A stretch of 64,000 bases of DNA from Octopus bimaculoides (lineage: Eukaryota), in contig NC_068983.1 of NCBI RefSeq assembly GCF_001194135.2, forward strand, positions 32,235,398 to 32,299,397. Direction: 5' to 3'. The notes beneath the pieces are model-generated. The model had not been told where the DNA came from, made no database searches, and saw nothing but the letters and a program-made list of their open reading frames with translations. Below, one piece after another: positions 1 through 11,148 of the stretch; within the stretch, counting starts at the first letter, position 1; each line of letters begins with the position of its first letter. The translations under genes and the position numbers were made by a program.

Positions 1-155
1 GTTTCCAATCTTTCATTGAAACCCATCTTGTTGGTCACTGAGAAATATTTTTGGAAACTAGTGTGGCTTGGTGACGGGAAGAATGTTAATAATTCTCAAC
101 GAATTTCATTTAATCTAAAAGGAAAAATGAACATTAAATTGGATATAAATTTTGA

Positions 156-281
156 GGTGTGATGATGAAGTAACTGCTATTAAGCGTTCGGCTCTTTGGC
201 ACTAGTTACCGAAAGGTTGAACCCACTAGTGTTTGCTGGACGCTATGACAAAATGTAGCCAAGTATGGCTGTCTGAACACC
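156..281 (+). ncRNA. SNORD22: C/D box snoRNA, U22 (SNORD22)-like, in RPLP0 intron
   Basis: Terminal stem GGTGT(156-160)/ACACC(277-281), C box ATGATGA 162-168, D box CTGA 273-276, length 126 nt. Central AAAGGTTGAACCCACT and 3' CTGTCTGA resemble vertebrate U22 as recalled. Long stem 183-244 and small hairpin 256-271. Confidence 0.8.
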
Positions 282-352
282 CCTGAATACTAAGTATTTC
301 AGCATGCTGTTGATATTACTGTACTGACTAATTTTCTTTTAATCACATTCAG

Positions 353-2433
353 TTGTCCTCATGGGTAAAAACACAATGATGAGAAAGGCCATAAGAGGTC
401 ATTTGGAGCACAATGCAGCCCTTGAAAGGTAAGTTCTAAATCTTTTCCACTGAAATGAGGTATGTATATTGCCAGTTTAGATTCAAATGTTGCTTGGGTT
501 ATTCTTGATCAGAAGCAATCTTGGACTGGTATAGTAATCGGTCACTTTTTGCCTTGTAGTATCTTTCATACTGGACACTACAACTTCCCCATAAGTGATA
601 CAATTCTTCTTTTTTTTAATTTTTTTTTCCCCTTTTGTTATATAGGGACGTGTAATTAAACAATGGTATCTCTGATCACAGAAAATAAATATTTATGCAA
701 CTATTGAAAAATATAACATTTAGTGAAGTGTTTTAAATGCAGATGCTGGCTTCACTCGTTTTTTTTTCTATTATAGCATTGGACCAGTCAAAGCTTTCAG
801 ACTGGAGAAGCTAGCCATGGTGTTTCATGCCTGTAAATGTCACTTATGCATGCAGTGTCCATTCCCAATCTCTTGTGAAAATTCATCTTAGCTATGGGGA
901 AATAACTGAAGACTGGTGACAGGCAGGGTGGCTGTAGAAAATCCACGTGTAATTTTGTTCTACCCATTCCTCAATGGGAAAGTGGATGACTGTCAATCTT
1001 GCTCACCCCCCACACCTAACAACCAATAAAAAAAAAAGCTGGATATAAGTACTGAGGTCAATTTTGTTTGACTAAGCCCTGTGTTGCCCTAGCATGGCTG
1101 CAGTTCTAAGATGAGTCTTTAAGAGGGTGATGTGTATAGTAATATAAAATGAGCACCTATACAAGATTTGCTTGATAATAGTGTTTAGTAATTGCCTTAA
1201 TATTTAGGTTATTAAACAAAAACTTGTCTGTTGTAGGTTGCTACCACACATTAAGAACAATGTTGGTTTTGTGTTCACTAAGAATGACTTGGCTGATATC
1301 AGGGATAGATTGCTGAATAACAAGGTTAGTTGATTTTCATTCCATCTACATATGGAGCTTTAATTTTGATTTTTTTTTTCTCCCCTCGCTACTGACAAAT
1401 TGATATTTATTTATAGGTGAAAGCTCCTGCTCGTGCTGGTGCTGTTGCTCCTTGTGATGTGTTGATACCTGCTCAAAATACAGCTCTTGGTCCTGAAAAG
1501 ACTTCTTTCTTCCAAGCTTTGTCTATCCCAACAAAAATCTCCAGGGGTACTATTGAAATCTTGAATGATGTCCGTTTGATAAAGGAAGCTGATAAAGTTG
1601 GTGCTTCCGAGGCTACATTGCTGAACATGTTGAACATCTCACCATTTTCATATGGTTTGGTCATTGAGCAAGGTAGGTTGGGCATTATTTTATTTTGCAG
1701 CCCTCAAGAATGATGAAAAAAAAGAATGACTTTCGCTCTACTGAAAGCTATGTAGATTCTTGTCCACTGACTTAAGGGCTATATTTATTTATTAGTGTCC
1801 TGTCTGGTTTATATTTAATTGTTATATTTAATGTTTTTAAAATTTTCTATACTAGTGTATGACTCTGGAACTGTTTTTGCACCTGGTGTATTGGACATTA
1901 CTGATGATGATATCCGTAAGAAGTTCATGTCTGTAAGTACTTTTCTCATTTATAAACTCCTTGCAGAATGTTCAAATCTGCCTTCATCATGATATTCAAG
2001 TAATATATTTTCTTTGCAGGGTGTGACAAATGTTGCCAGCTTGTCTCTGGCTATTGGGTATCCAACTTTGGCTTCTATACCACATCTTCTTGTCAATGGC
2101 TTCAAAAATCTGGTTGCTATATCTTTGGAAACAGATATTGAATTTGAAGAAGCAAAAGAGGTATATTACATTTGAGTTTTTATATTTTTTTTTCACTTGG
2201 TAAATCTGTCAATATTACATGTTTTTATTGGATGATAATATGAAAATGATTTGTATTTTCAGATCAAAGAGTTGTTATCAGATCCTGAAAAGATGGCAGC
2301 TGCTCTGGCAGCAAGTGCTGCTACTACTGCTGCTGCAGCTCCATCTACCCCTGCAGCAGAAGAAAAGAAGGAAGAAAAAGTGGAGTCTGAAGAAGAGTCT
2401 GACGAGGATATGGGTCTTGGCTTGTTTGATTAA
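353..2433 (+). CDS. RPLP0: 60S acidic ribosomal protein P0, 3' six coding exons (353-428, 1237-1324, 1417-1672, 1856-1932, 2020-2160, 2263-2433); 5' exons lie before the window
   Basis: All introns are GT-AG and phases join in frame. Peptide includes [61 protein letters not shown]-like [14 protein letters not shown], and the P-protein C-terminus [17 protein letters not shown]-stop. Confidence 0.98.
469..605 (+). ncRNA. H/ACA box snoRNA in RPLP0 intron
   Basis: Hairpin 1 (471-530: GCCAGTT/GACTGGT and TTGCTT/AAGCAA), H box ATAGTA 531-536, hairpin 2 (TCACTT 542-547/AAGTGA 593-598; TTGTAGT 554-560/ACTACAA 577-583), ACA 600-602 plus 3 nt. Confidence 0.85.
1705..1774 (+). ncRNA. SNORD59: C/D box snoRNA, U59 (SNORD59/snR54)-like 18S methylation guide, in RPLP0 intron
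   Basis: C box ATGATGA 1710-1716, D' CTGA 1741-1744, D CTGA 1767-1770, flanking stem AGCCCTCAAG(1699-1708)/CTTAAGGGCT(1771-1780). Guide AATGACTTTCGCTCTA versus recalled human U59 AATGACTTTCGTTCTT. Confidence 0.85.
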
Positions 2434-2440
2434 AGATGAA

Positions 2441-2446
2441 AATAAA
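2441..2446 (+). terminator. candidate RPLP0 polyadenylation signal
   Basis: AATAAA just after the stop codon, followed by T-rich sequence. Confidence 0.45.
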
Positions 2447-3538
2447 CATCACCTTCATCTTAAATTGGGTTTTTTGTTCTTTTTCAAAATTCAAATGTGG
2501 TTTATAAGTAATGGTTGATAAACTGTTCTTGTATCTAGTTTTCTTAGTGACAGACGCATCTCGGCAGTGGAAAAGTATTTTTTGAATTGATGGTGACTGA
2601 GGACCTGTATAGTGTATGGGTTTCACAAGACTGGTAGTTATTTGCTAATAGTGCTTTGAAGTAAGAATGAAACTATTGCTGCTAAAACTAGCTTCTAAAC
2701 TGCACAAAAATATTGAAAACCCTTTGGTCGTGAATGAAAGTTCACCTCTGAAGTACAAATATACATCTTGATATCACCATTGCATCCAATTTCTACAGCT
2801 GGGTGACCTGGAACAACTTGAAATAAGTGTCTTAAGAATATGACACACCCTGGTATGGAAATTGAATACCCTCCTGGTTGAGACATGCTCTTACCACTGA
2901 GCCATGCACATGCATGACTACACACACTCCTCCCTATGTAATTGGAGGTGCTGTTTGGGATATATCAGGATTCCATAAACATTCTGCAATTTTAACGTAG
3001 AAAGAGGAAGTTGACAGTAAACTACAAAGCTGGCTGACAGATTGCCTTTACACTAAGCAATTTGGGCTTATGGTTCTATTGCTGTTTACTTATGAAACCA
3101 ATATAAACATGGATGAATACTTAAAAATTTGGTTCGCTTTCTATTGAATTGGAAATAGTGTGACTAGTGGATGTTACGTCAGTGTAAATGGAAAGTCCAA
3201 AGTAGCTAAAAGCAGGAGTTACTATTCTGAAGTTGTACTTGCTATCCATAATAATAGTTCATAGGTGCAGGAATGGCTGTCTGGTAAGTGGCTTGAAGCC
3301 AAAAACAAGGGAAAGAAAAAGCAAGGGCTCTACCCTGGTGGTTGGATGCCTATCCTTCAGGAAAGCCATTACAAATTGCATCTGTGATGAGCAATGCTTT
3401 AATCGAACATTGTAAATATGAAATTATTATTGTATATTTAAAATTGTAAGTATTTAATCAATACAGCTACTTCACCCCTTTTATGTTTGTCCTTGTTCGT
3501 CCCCTCTTTGTAATGCCTTTATGGCAAATATGAAATAA

Positions 3539-3672
3539 AGAAGCTTGCTTACCAACCACATAGTTCCGGGTTCAGTCCCACTGTGGCACCTTTGGCAAGT
3601 GTCTTCTATAGCCTCTGGCCAACCAAAGCCTTCTGAGTGTATTTGGTAGACAGAAAATGAAAGCCCATTGTG

Positions 3673-3704
<32 letters not shown>

Positions 3705-3910
3705 GTAAATATATATTATGTGTCTGTGCTTGATAGAAGCCTGTCGTGTGTGTCTGCTAGTCCCTCCAACATAGCTTGGCAACCGATGCTGGTGTTTGTC
3801 TACGTAACGTAGCAATTTGGCAAAAGAGACAGAATTAAGTCCTGGGGTCAATTTTTTTCTCGATTACAGGTGGTGCTCCAGCATGGCTGCAGTCAAATGA
3901 CTGAAACGAG
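3539..3910 (+). mobile_element. tRNA-derived SINE (family ending ...CAGTCAAATGACTGAAAC)
   Basis: Homologous to copies at 12641-12880, 47180-47385 and 63143-63782; tRNA-like head GGTTCAGTCCCA. Confidence 0.75.
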
Positions 3911-5407
3911 TAAGAGAATATGGCTAAGCCATAACATGGATTACAACAATGAGAGAAAATTGCTCACTTACAAACTTTGCATTTATAACAAAACCTTACA
4001 GACTGCAGCCCTTAAGATCTTGACCAATCCTTCATTGCTTTCACTTTTGAACAGTAATAGCTTCATTTGGAATATTTTCACAAGCTTAATTTAACTATAC
4101 AGTGAATTGTCAAATGTTATATACCCATGCATTTTCAGTCTCATCAAAGTCCCCTAATATGCTGTCCTGATCTGTGGCATATCCCTCAAATGAACTGTCA
4201 CACAAACTATTGCTTTACATGTAAAATAGAGGAAAGTAATTGGCAACACTTGAATTTGTTGCTTGTAATTTGTACCTTATCCTAGCCATCTTTGACCCTT
4301 ATGTCTGTCCTAACGGGTACTAGCTGAACCTTTCCTTGAATGTCAACCCTTTAGAATTCCTCTGCCTAAACCCCCACCTCCATAACCTTCAGCATTAAAA
4401 GAGCATGAACTATATTATTACTGGTTTTATAGGGCTGGTTCAGAGCACAATTAAATCCCCCATCTTGAGGTTAAAAGAAAACTTAGTCAGTGTATAAACT
4501 CAGCCTACTTTCTAAAGTTATACATCAAAGGTCAGTTTTATAATTTCATACAAGGAATAAAATCGACTTTAAAATAGATTTATCCAATCAAAAATTTTTA
4601 TTATTGCATATAGTGAACGATAAGTACACAGTAACACATTTCTGTGGTGTAATGCATTATTTTGTAATGACAGTCTCCACTGAATATTTTCTTCATGAGA
4701 GGAAGTTAACTGGTCAACAGGAATATGGGATTGAATCCAAGTTGTGCTTGTCTCAGCAAAAACAGAAGTATGTGATCAGTAATTTGTGTATGACTTGTTT
4801 ATTGTAGCTGTAATTATTTTCAAGACATGAAGTTATTTCCCTTCTGATAACCGATTGAATTTGTAGTCATAAGTGTCTAGTATTTTCTCTTTCATTGTAC
4901 CTGATAGTGGAAAGTAAAAGCTGGTGTAATCAAGTTGATTGTTCAGTGCTTTCCTGTCTCTGAACCGTTAATATACCACACTGTATAGTCTCTCTTTTAA
5001 GAATAAAATGTTTTTTGTCACAATACTTAAAAAACATTTTTTCAACAAAATGAGACTATTCTTACATTCTGAATACTTTTTGTATTTTTAAAATTCAGCT
5101 TCTTAGTCATGTTATGTCAGATGTCAACATTTAGCAAACTGAAGATAATTGGTATCTGTAAATCTTTGACATTCTCAATTATGGTTTCTTTTTTATTTTT
5201 TGGTTCTTACATAGTTCCTTAATGTTTCAGTTATATCTTATTAAATATAACCTGTGTGAATCTATAAATAGCAATAGTGCTTGCCATTTCCCTGGTTTAC
5301 AAGTAGCTATGGGAAAATGTCACATAGCTTTAATCTTGTCTTCAAGGATTTCCTATGACGCTTTTGGGTACCAAAGTGCAAAACTTGCCTACTAGAAGAT
5401 ATACATA

Positions 5408-6411
5408 TGTAGTGAAACTACCTATCGTCACTAGATACAAAACTACTATCGCCATTACATGCAATCTTCTCATTTAAATATAAATAAATGCGAGCGTAGT
5501 AGGGAACCCATTCCTTGTCATCACGTGACTGATTATTATTCGAATCGGTAACTTCTTCGAACCTTTCCCGCCAGAACGCAAACTGACCAATCACGGCCTC
5601 TAATAAGGTCACGTGATGGAGTAAAATTCTGAAGGCATTTGGAGCCCTCTTAACGCTATATATAGATCAACTCATACCCCACAAATTCGTCTTGGTCCAG
5701 TTTCTCTTTGAGAACTGTTCTGTGTACCACACGACAGCAGCAGCAGTTCCAGCGACCACTTCAACAGCTTCGTCCAGCCAACGATGACCACCGCCGTCGN
5801 NNNNNNNNNNNNNNNNNNNNNNNNNNNNNNNNNNNNNNNNNNNNNNNNNNNNNNNNNNNNNNNNNNNNNNNNNNNNNACTACCGAGTATCTCCACCAGCG
5901 TCAACACGACTTACTATGTACACCACACCAAACTACCGCGGCACATCTCTCTCTTCGATTCTGTTAGGTGACTCAGCTTCACCACGGTAAATAAACAGAC
6001 AAGAGTTCTTAAACAGACAAGAAATTCTCAGCCAGCGACGAACATCTGTATAACAAGAATCACGGCCCGGCATCGATGCCACGACATCACAACTAGTGAT
6101 CAGCTCTGCCAAACTCAGCCAACTCACTTCACATACAGATTCATATTATTGTGTACCCAAGAACTGGTATAATTGTTCACGTGTTATTGACTCTCCTTTT
6201 CTCTGCTGTAATATTTCTCATACACATACATGTATCACTCACATACACACTTTTCTTTGCATGACGGCCTGTCTTTGATTATGCTATTATATGTCGCATT
6301 CACACTCTCACACAGACATACATCTTTAACGCTACAATAAATATCTCTGTTATTCATCTAATACGGTTGTGGTCTTTCATTACTGGTCATCTATGTTATC
6401 GTCGCATAACA
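5408..6411 (+). mobile_element. candidate solo LTR (about 1 kb)
   Basis: TGTAGTG...CATAACA termini, CCAAT 5587-5591, TATATATA 5657-5664, AATAAA 6336-6341, CpG-rich relative to flanks; no clean TSD. Confidence 0.5.
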
Positions 6412-7189
6412 TATCATGTATATCATTATTCATCATGATGATGATTATTGATATCTATAATATTGTGTGTTCGACCGTGTGACACGTTTAAATAAAAGGA
6501 GTCCTCTGTTTTTCCATTCGTCACCATTTCTCCTTTTTGAGTTCGCACGGTCGTCCCTTACACATACATGTATGCATACATACATTTATAAATTCGAGTT
6601 TGTTTGAGACCTGCATTCTAAATATTCAGGTGATTCAAGCCGAGCTTTAGAGGAAGGTGCAAAGAACCATGTATAGCATAAAAGAATATCTTACTCAACT
6701 TTTAAAAATTTTCTTTGAAAATATCCATACACAATACTGTATTAATGTGTATAAGTATTGTAAATGAAATCTTTTTTTTTTCTCTAAGTTTTTCCAATGC
6801 CTATTGCTGTTCTCAATACACATCCCATTACTTTCTACCAAAATCTCAATTATATTTTAAATAAATTAAAACACTTGGGCAATCTTGCTCATTATGACAT
6901 GGTAATGAAAGAATTATGGGCAGAAAGATTAGCATTTAGTTGGATAGTCCATATTTATAGAGTAGGCAATTTCTTTGCATTATTTTGCAAAAAAAAAAAA
7001 GGTAGAAATGGATGCAAATTTGTTATATAACAGGCAGAATTCTTATTCTGAAAAATACAATATTTCAGCCCAAGTATTTTATTGATCCTGGAAGGTTGCA
7101 GGGCAAAGTAAACCCCAGTAAGCCATTCTACTTGGAGTGGCAAAAGTGATATAATAGAAATTAATTATTATATACTTGGCACATAAAAA

Positions 7190-7503
7190 GCATGTGCCTT
7201 ACTGGCACATGAATGAAACATTCGAGCTAGGTCGTTGCCAGTGCCACTGGACTGACTCCTGTGCAGGTGGCATGTAAAAGACACCATTAGAGTGTGACCT
7301 TTGCTAGTACTGCCTGACTGGCCCTTGTGCTGGTGGTACATAAAAGCACCCACTACACTCGGAGTGGTTGGCGTTAGGAAGGGCATCCAGCTGTAGAAAC
7401 TGTCAGATCAGATTGGAGCCTGGTGCAGCCATCTGGTTTGTCAGTCTTCAGTCAAATCGTCCAGGCCATGCTAGCATGGAAAGCAAACATTAAACGATGA
7501 TGA
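7190..7503 (+). mobile_element. RTE LINE 3' UTR/tail copy ending (GAT)n
   Basis: Matches copies at 26927-27396, 46460-46716 and 63797-63976. Confidence 0.75.
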
Positions 7504-8088
7504 ATCATATATCTCTGCTCTTCTAGAATTGCACTGTGCTGGAACAGCAACTTCTAGATATAATTCAAATATAACCTATCAGATCATTAACATGGAAGAA
7601 TGTGATTCAGCCTTCGTTTAGTATGCTTGCTTGGAACAAACTACTAACCCTGTGAAGTTGAACTGAGTACAAATAAATGAAAGACTCATCAGTTATGTAG
7701 TACTGTGACTGCTTGGTATCACACTATTTCCATATTGTACCTGCTTACAATTAAATGTCATGACATTAAAAACACTCCTGTTAAGAGAGTAAACTCCTGA
7801 CCCTTCAGCTCGCAGTTGCTATGCAATGAAACCATAGTTATAGTATTCAGGAAAGACCTCTTACCTCAAAGAAATGCCTTTTCAGCTGTTGCTTGTTTAA
7901 AATGTCTGAGTATTTTGTTAATACATAATAATCAGAGCCAGAGGTGATTATTCACAGGGTATTTTTTTTTACCAGTTCTCATGAACAATAATGATAGCTA
8001 AAATATTTATCAATGTGCTCAAAGAAACATCATACCACCAATAAGGTAGCTGAACGTTAAATTAATTCTAATGTTGTTTTTGATTTAC

Positions 8089-8210
8089 CGGGCGCCGTGC
8101 TTAAAGAGCGACAGCTGCCACCGGTTGTTAAAAATTGCGTCTCCGAAATCTCTTGATTGTGATTCCGCCCAGACGCTCGCAAATCGGCAACTGGGTGTCA
8201 CTGACGACAA
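8089..8210 (-). promoter_or_regulatory. CpG-rich candidate promoter / non-coding first exon
   Basis: Local CpG cluster, GC box CCGCCC 8165-8170, minus-strand donor CCG|GTAAAT at 8089/8088. Confidence 0.3.
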
Positions 8211-8729
8211 AGACCCTTTTAATAAGTTAACATTTCAGTAACTGATATATATCGTTACTATAATAACTTTAAAGTGATATTGCAATGCAAGTTCTGCTTA
8301 AAATTTAAATAAGATCTCAATACAAGCGAATATAATTACAATTTTCGATATTTACAAACAATATCTAATAGTTTTCTGCTAGTAGTTAATTATTTTGTTT
8401 TAAAATAAGCTAGTAAAATATCAAAAAAATTCCTTGCCATGTACTTATTCCCAGTCAATCTTTTCTAAAATGTATCCTATGTAAGGGAGGTAATTCATAG
8501 CAAATAGGTTCGCTCTTTAGAGATGGCATACTTTCATTGAATGTCAGTAATAATTGAATTAATTAAATAAAAATAAATAAATCGCTTCTACTAACACATG
8601 ACTCGTGACTCATACTTGATAATTTAGTTTATATAAAGGTATTCTACGTTTGTGAAAAGAAAATCCCGTTTCACTATCTTAAATTTGTGCGTGTTTTCGA
8701 GCGACCATTAGCTTTGATTTTTACCAGTT

Positions 8730-8953
8730 CTTTCTTTCAACCACTAATTTTCAGCTACGCCTTTTCTACTCTAGGCAGAAGGCCCGAAATTTTTGGGGAG
8801 ATAAGATCGATCTCAGTACTTAACTGGTACTTAATTTATCGACCCCGAAAGGATGGAAGGCAAAATCGACCTCGCCGGAATTTGAACTCAGAACATAAAG
8901 ACAGACGAAATACCGCTAAGCATTTCGCCCGGCAACAGCTCTCTCTGTCTGCC
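8730..8953 (-). mobile_element. tRNA-derived SINE (second family)
   Basis: Reverse complement of GTTCTGAGTTCAAATTCC B-box head and ...GGGGTCGATAAATTAAGTACCAG core; homologous to 22871-23080 and 63423-63641. Confidence 0.75.
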
Positions 8954-9654
8954 GAATATTACTTGTGTTAAAGTTTGTTGACTGTACATACGTAAGTTAT
9001 GATTAAAAAAAAATTAAATTGGCATCCCTGCAGGATAGAATGTGAAATTATCGAGTACTTCCAAAATAATAATTTCTTCGGATCCATGTTTCACGCATCG
9101 TAGATTATGAATCTGCAATTTTGGGTGGGGTGTGTAGACCCCCTTTCCGTAATTTTTCAGTTTTTACTTTCTTTTGAATTATTTGTTTAAATTATACGTA
9201 ACAAAATTATACATAAGCATAAGTCCGAAAAAAAAAATCAAAGCTGAAAATTTACGGAAAGTGGAGTGGATTTTGCTCCTCTTTCGAGAAAACGCGGAGT
9301 AGATAAAACAGGGGACAACTGATGAAGGGAATGTTCTTTATGTTCCCTTTCTCGTTTCTCTATTTGTTTCTTTCGTTGTTCGAAAAAAGTTAGTTTTCTA
9401 TGTTTTTGTTTTTATGTTCACGTTTTTTGACGTCCTTGTACCCATATATGCATGTATATATACATATATAACTAGGTATGTACATATATGTATGTATACA
9501 TGCATATATTTATATATTATTTATATTATTATATATATGTATATATGTGTGTGTGTGTGTGTATAACCTTATGGTTAGGATATTAATTCATAGTTATAAG
9601 AAAGCTTGGGAACAACATGTAAATATAATTGCAGGAAAAAAAAAAAAAAACCCC

Positions 9655-9782
9655 GATAAATTTTCAGATTAACACCCGCACGATTTTCACTGGGGTTTTA
9701 GGGTTAGGGTTAAGGTTAGGGATGGAATTCCCACCCTAACACCCTAGTAAAAATCGTGCGGGTGTTAATCTGAAAATTTACC
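9655..9782. mobile_element. 128-bp MITE containing TTAGGG repeats (Merlin-type candidate)
   Basis: About 41-bp terminal inverted repeats (G[A/G]TAAATTTTCAGATTAACACCCGCACGATTTT...), interior TTAGGGTTAGGGTTAAGGTTAGGG, AAAAAAAC near both flanks. Confidence 0.75.
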
Positions 9783-10206
9783 AAAAAAACACAAGTCCAC
9801 GAGATAAATGAAAACAAATCATTTGCGGAAGTGCGTGTAAACTTTAGGACTGTTCACTCCCAAATTCTAAAACAGGAAAAAATATTAACAAAAGAAATAA
9901 TAACAAATATGACACCAAATTCGAAATAATTCATCGAAATAAAATAAAACGATAGGGCCTCTATCAGAGAGGATACGTATTATAAATAAATATCAGGGTG
10001 TTTCAGGAACGTGTAACTGATGCAAACTCAACACACACACACATGTATAAACAAAGTGTGTGTCGGCATTAAAGTGAATCTACAACGTACCTGATTAATA
10101 TATGTAAAGTCCGAATGGAATGATTTATTTGTGATTATTTGAAATTTGTGATTATTTGAAATCTGAAAAAAATAATTACAATTTTTCTTTCTTACAATGA
10201 AAATGA

Positions 10207-11148
10207 TTATGACAAAGGATAGTAAGTTCTAATGCATTTTACAAATGACATAAACATATTATGTTTATGAGAACGTCGCCAGCAAAATTCTTGTAAATAT
10301 GTTTCAAAAAGATTATCAGAAGTTCCATGCATGGCGCGATATTTGTCTTTGATTTTGCCCCACGTTCTTTCTATGGTGTTTGTATGAAAAGTTGCATCAT
10401 TAGGATCAACAAAGTGCAGATTGTGGTTCATGTTTGTGTGGTTTGACATTTGTTGATAAGCAAGCCAGCCATCAGTAATAATACGAGTCTCTGGCAATAC
10501 ATGCTGAGCAATGATAGGCAATAAAGTGGAAGCATTTCGATCGGAGACAGGTACAAGGACACATCTCAGACTTTGGCGTTCTACCATTCCTAGAATCCAG
10601 CGGCACTCTTCATAACGACCATTATAGAACTTCTGGTGCGTAAATTTCGTTTCGTCAATCTCCACAACCATTCCTTCGCCTCCAATCTGCATTGCATTAT
10701 CGATACACCATACGGCACATAGTTCTCTGAAATAGTTATACCATTTAACAATTGCTTCTGTACCGATACCGACCTGCTCCATAACTACATATTGTTTGCA
10801 GTCAAGTGCTGCCCACCAATATATAAGCTCTATAAGGCGAGGCAATGGGAGACGGGACCCAGAGAAGAAAGAATCTTGCCTAATACTTCGATAATGCATG
10901 CATACACAGCACCTCCAAGCTTTTCCATCCGATGAAGTGCATCGATTCATCAAACGCATTGGCGTATTACAGCACATTGCTGAATTATGAATTAATCCCA
11001 AAGAGGCAAGAAAGTTGATTGTACTTTCATTGTTCATTGTCATCATGCAAATATCCCGCACAACGTAATTCCTTTCGGTCAGCTTATCAGCATCAATAAT
11101 TTCATCTGCAATTCTCACGGGTGCTTGTCGTTTAACAGAGCCAGCCAT
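10207..11148 (-). CDS. Merlin (IS1016/IS1595-like) DDE transposase, uninterrupted 313 aa
   Basis: N-terminal Cys cluster (CCNTPM...WRCCVC), catalytic motifs VEIDETK, IITDGW, HTNTIERTW, C-terminal YLQEFCWRR. Confidence 0.92.
   Translation of the reverse strand: MAGSVKRQAPVRIADEIIDADKLTERNYVVRDICMMTMNNESTINFLASLGLIHNSAMCCNTPMRLMNRCTSSDGKAWRCCVCMHYRSIRQDSFFSGSRLPLPRLIELIYWWAALDCKQYVVMEQVGIGTEAIVKWYNYFRELCAVWCIDNAMQIGGEGMVVEIDETKFTHQKFYNGRYEECRWILGMVERQSLRCVLVPVSDRNASTLLPIIAQHVLPETRIITDGWLAYQQMSNHTNMNHNLHFVDPNDATFHTNTIERTWGKIKDKYRAMHGTSDNLFETYLQEFCWRRSHKHNMFMSFVKCIRTYYPLS

Noticed and set aside
462-659. 65-aa ORF in the RPLP0 intron
   Set aside because: Overlaps the H/ACA snoRNA and has no recognisable motif
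790-1130. Possible fourth snoRNA in the long intron
   Set aside because: No box pair with a stem; resembles decayed SINE or RTE-tail sequence
4098-4260. Minus-strand acidic peptide SLCDSSFEGYATDQDSILGDFDETENAW with a possible donor
   Set aside because: Weak acceptor and no partner exon; sits by a TA-CAGT end suggestive of a DNA transposon remnant
7866-7990. Possible minus-strand exon with GTAAG donor
   Set aside because: No good acceptor; all frames closed upstream
9300-9400. CTGATGA plus hairpin as a hammerhead
   Set aside because: No GAAA after stem II and no valid stem III
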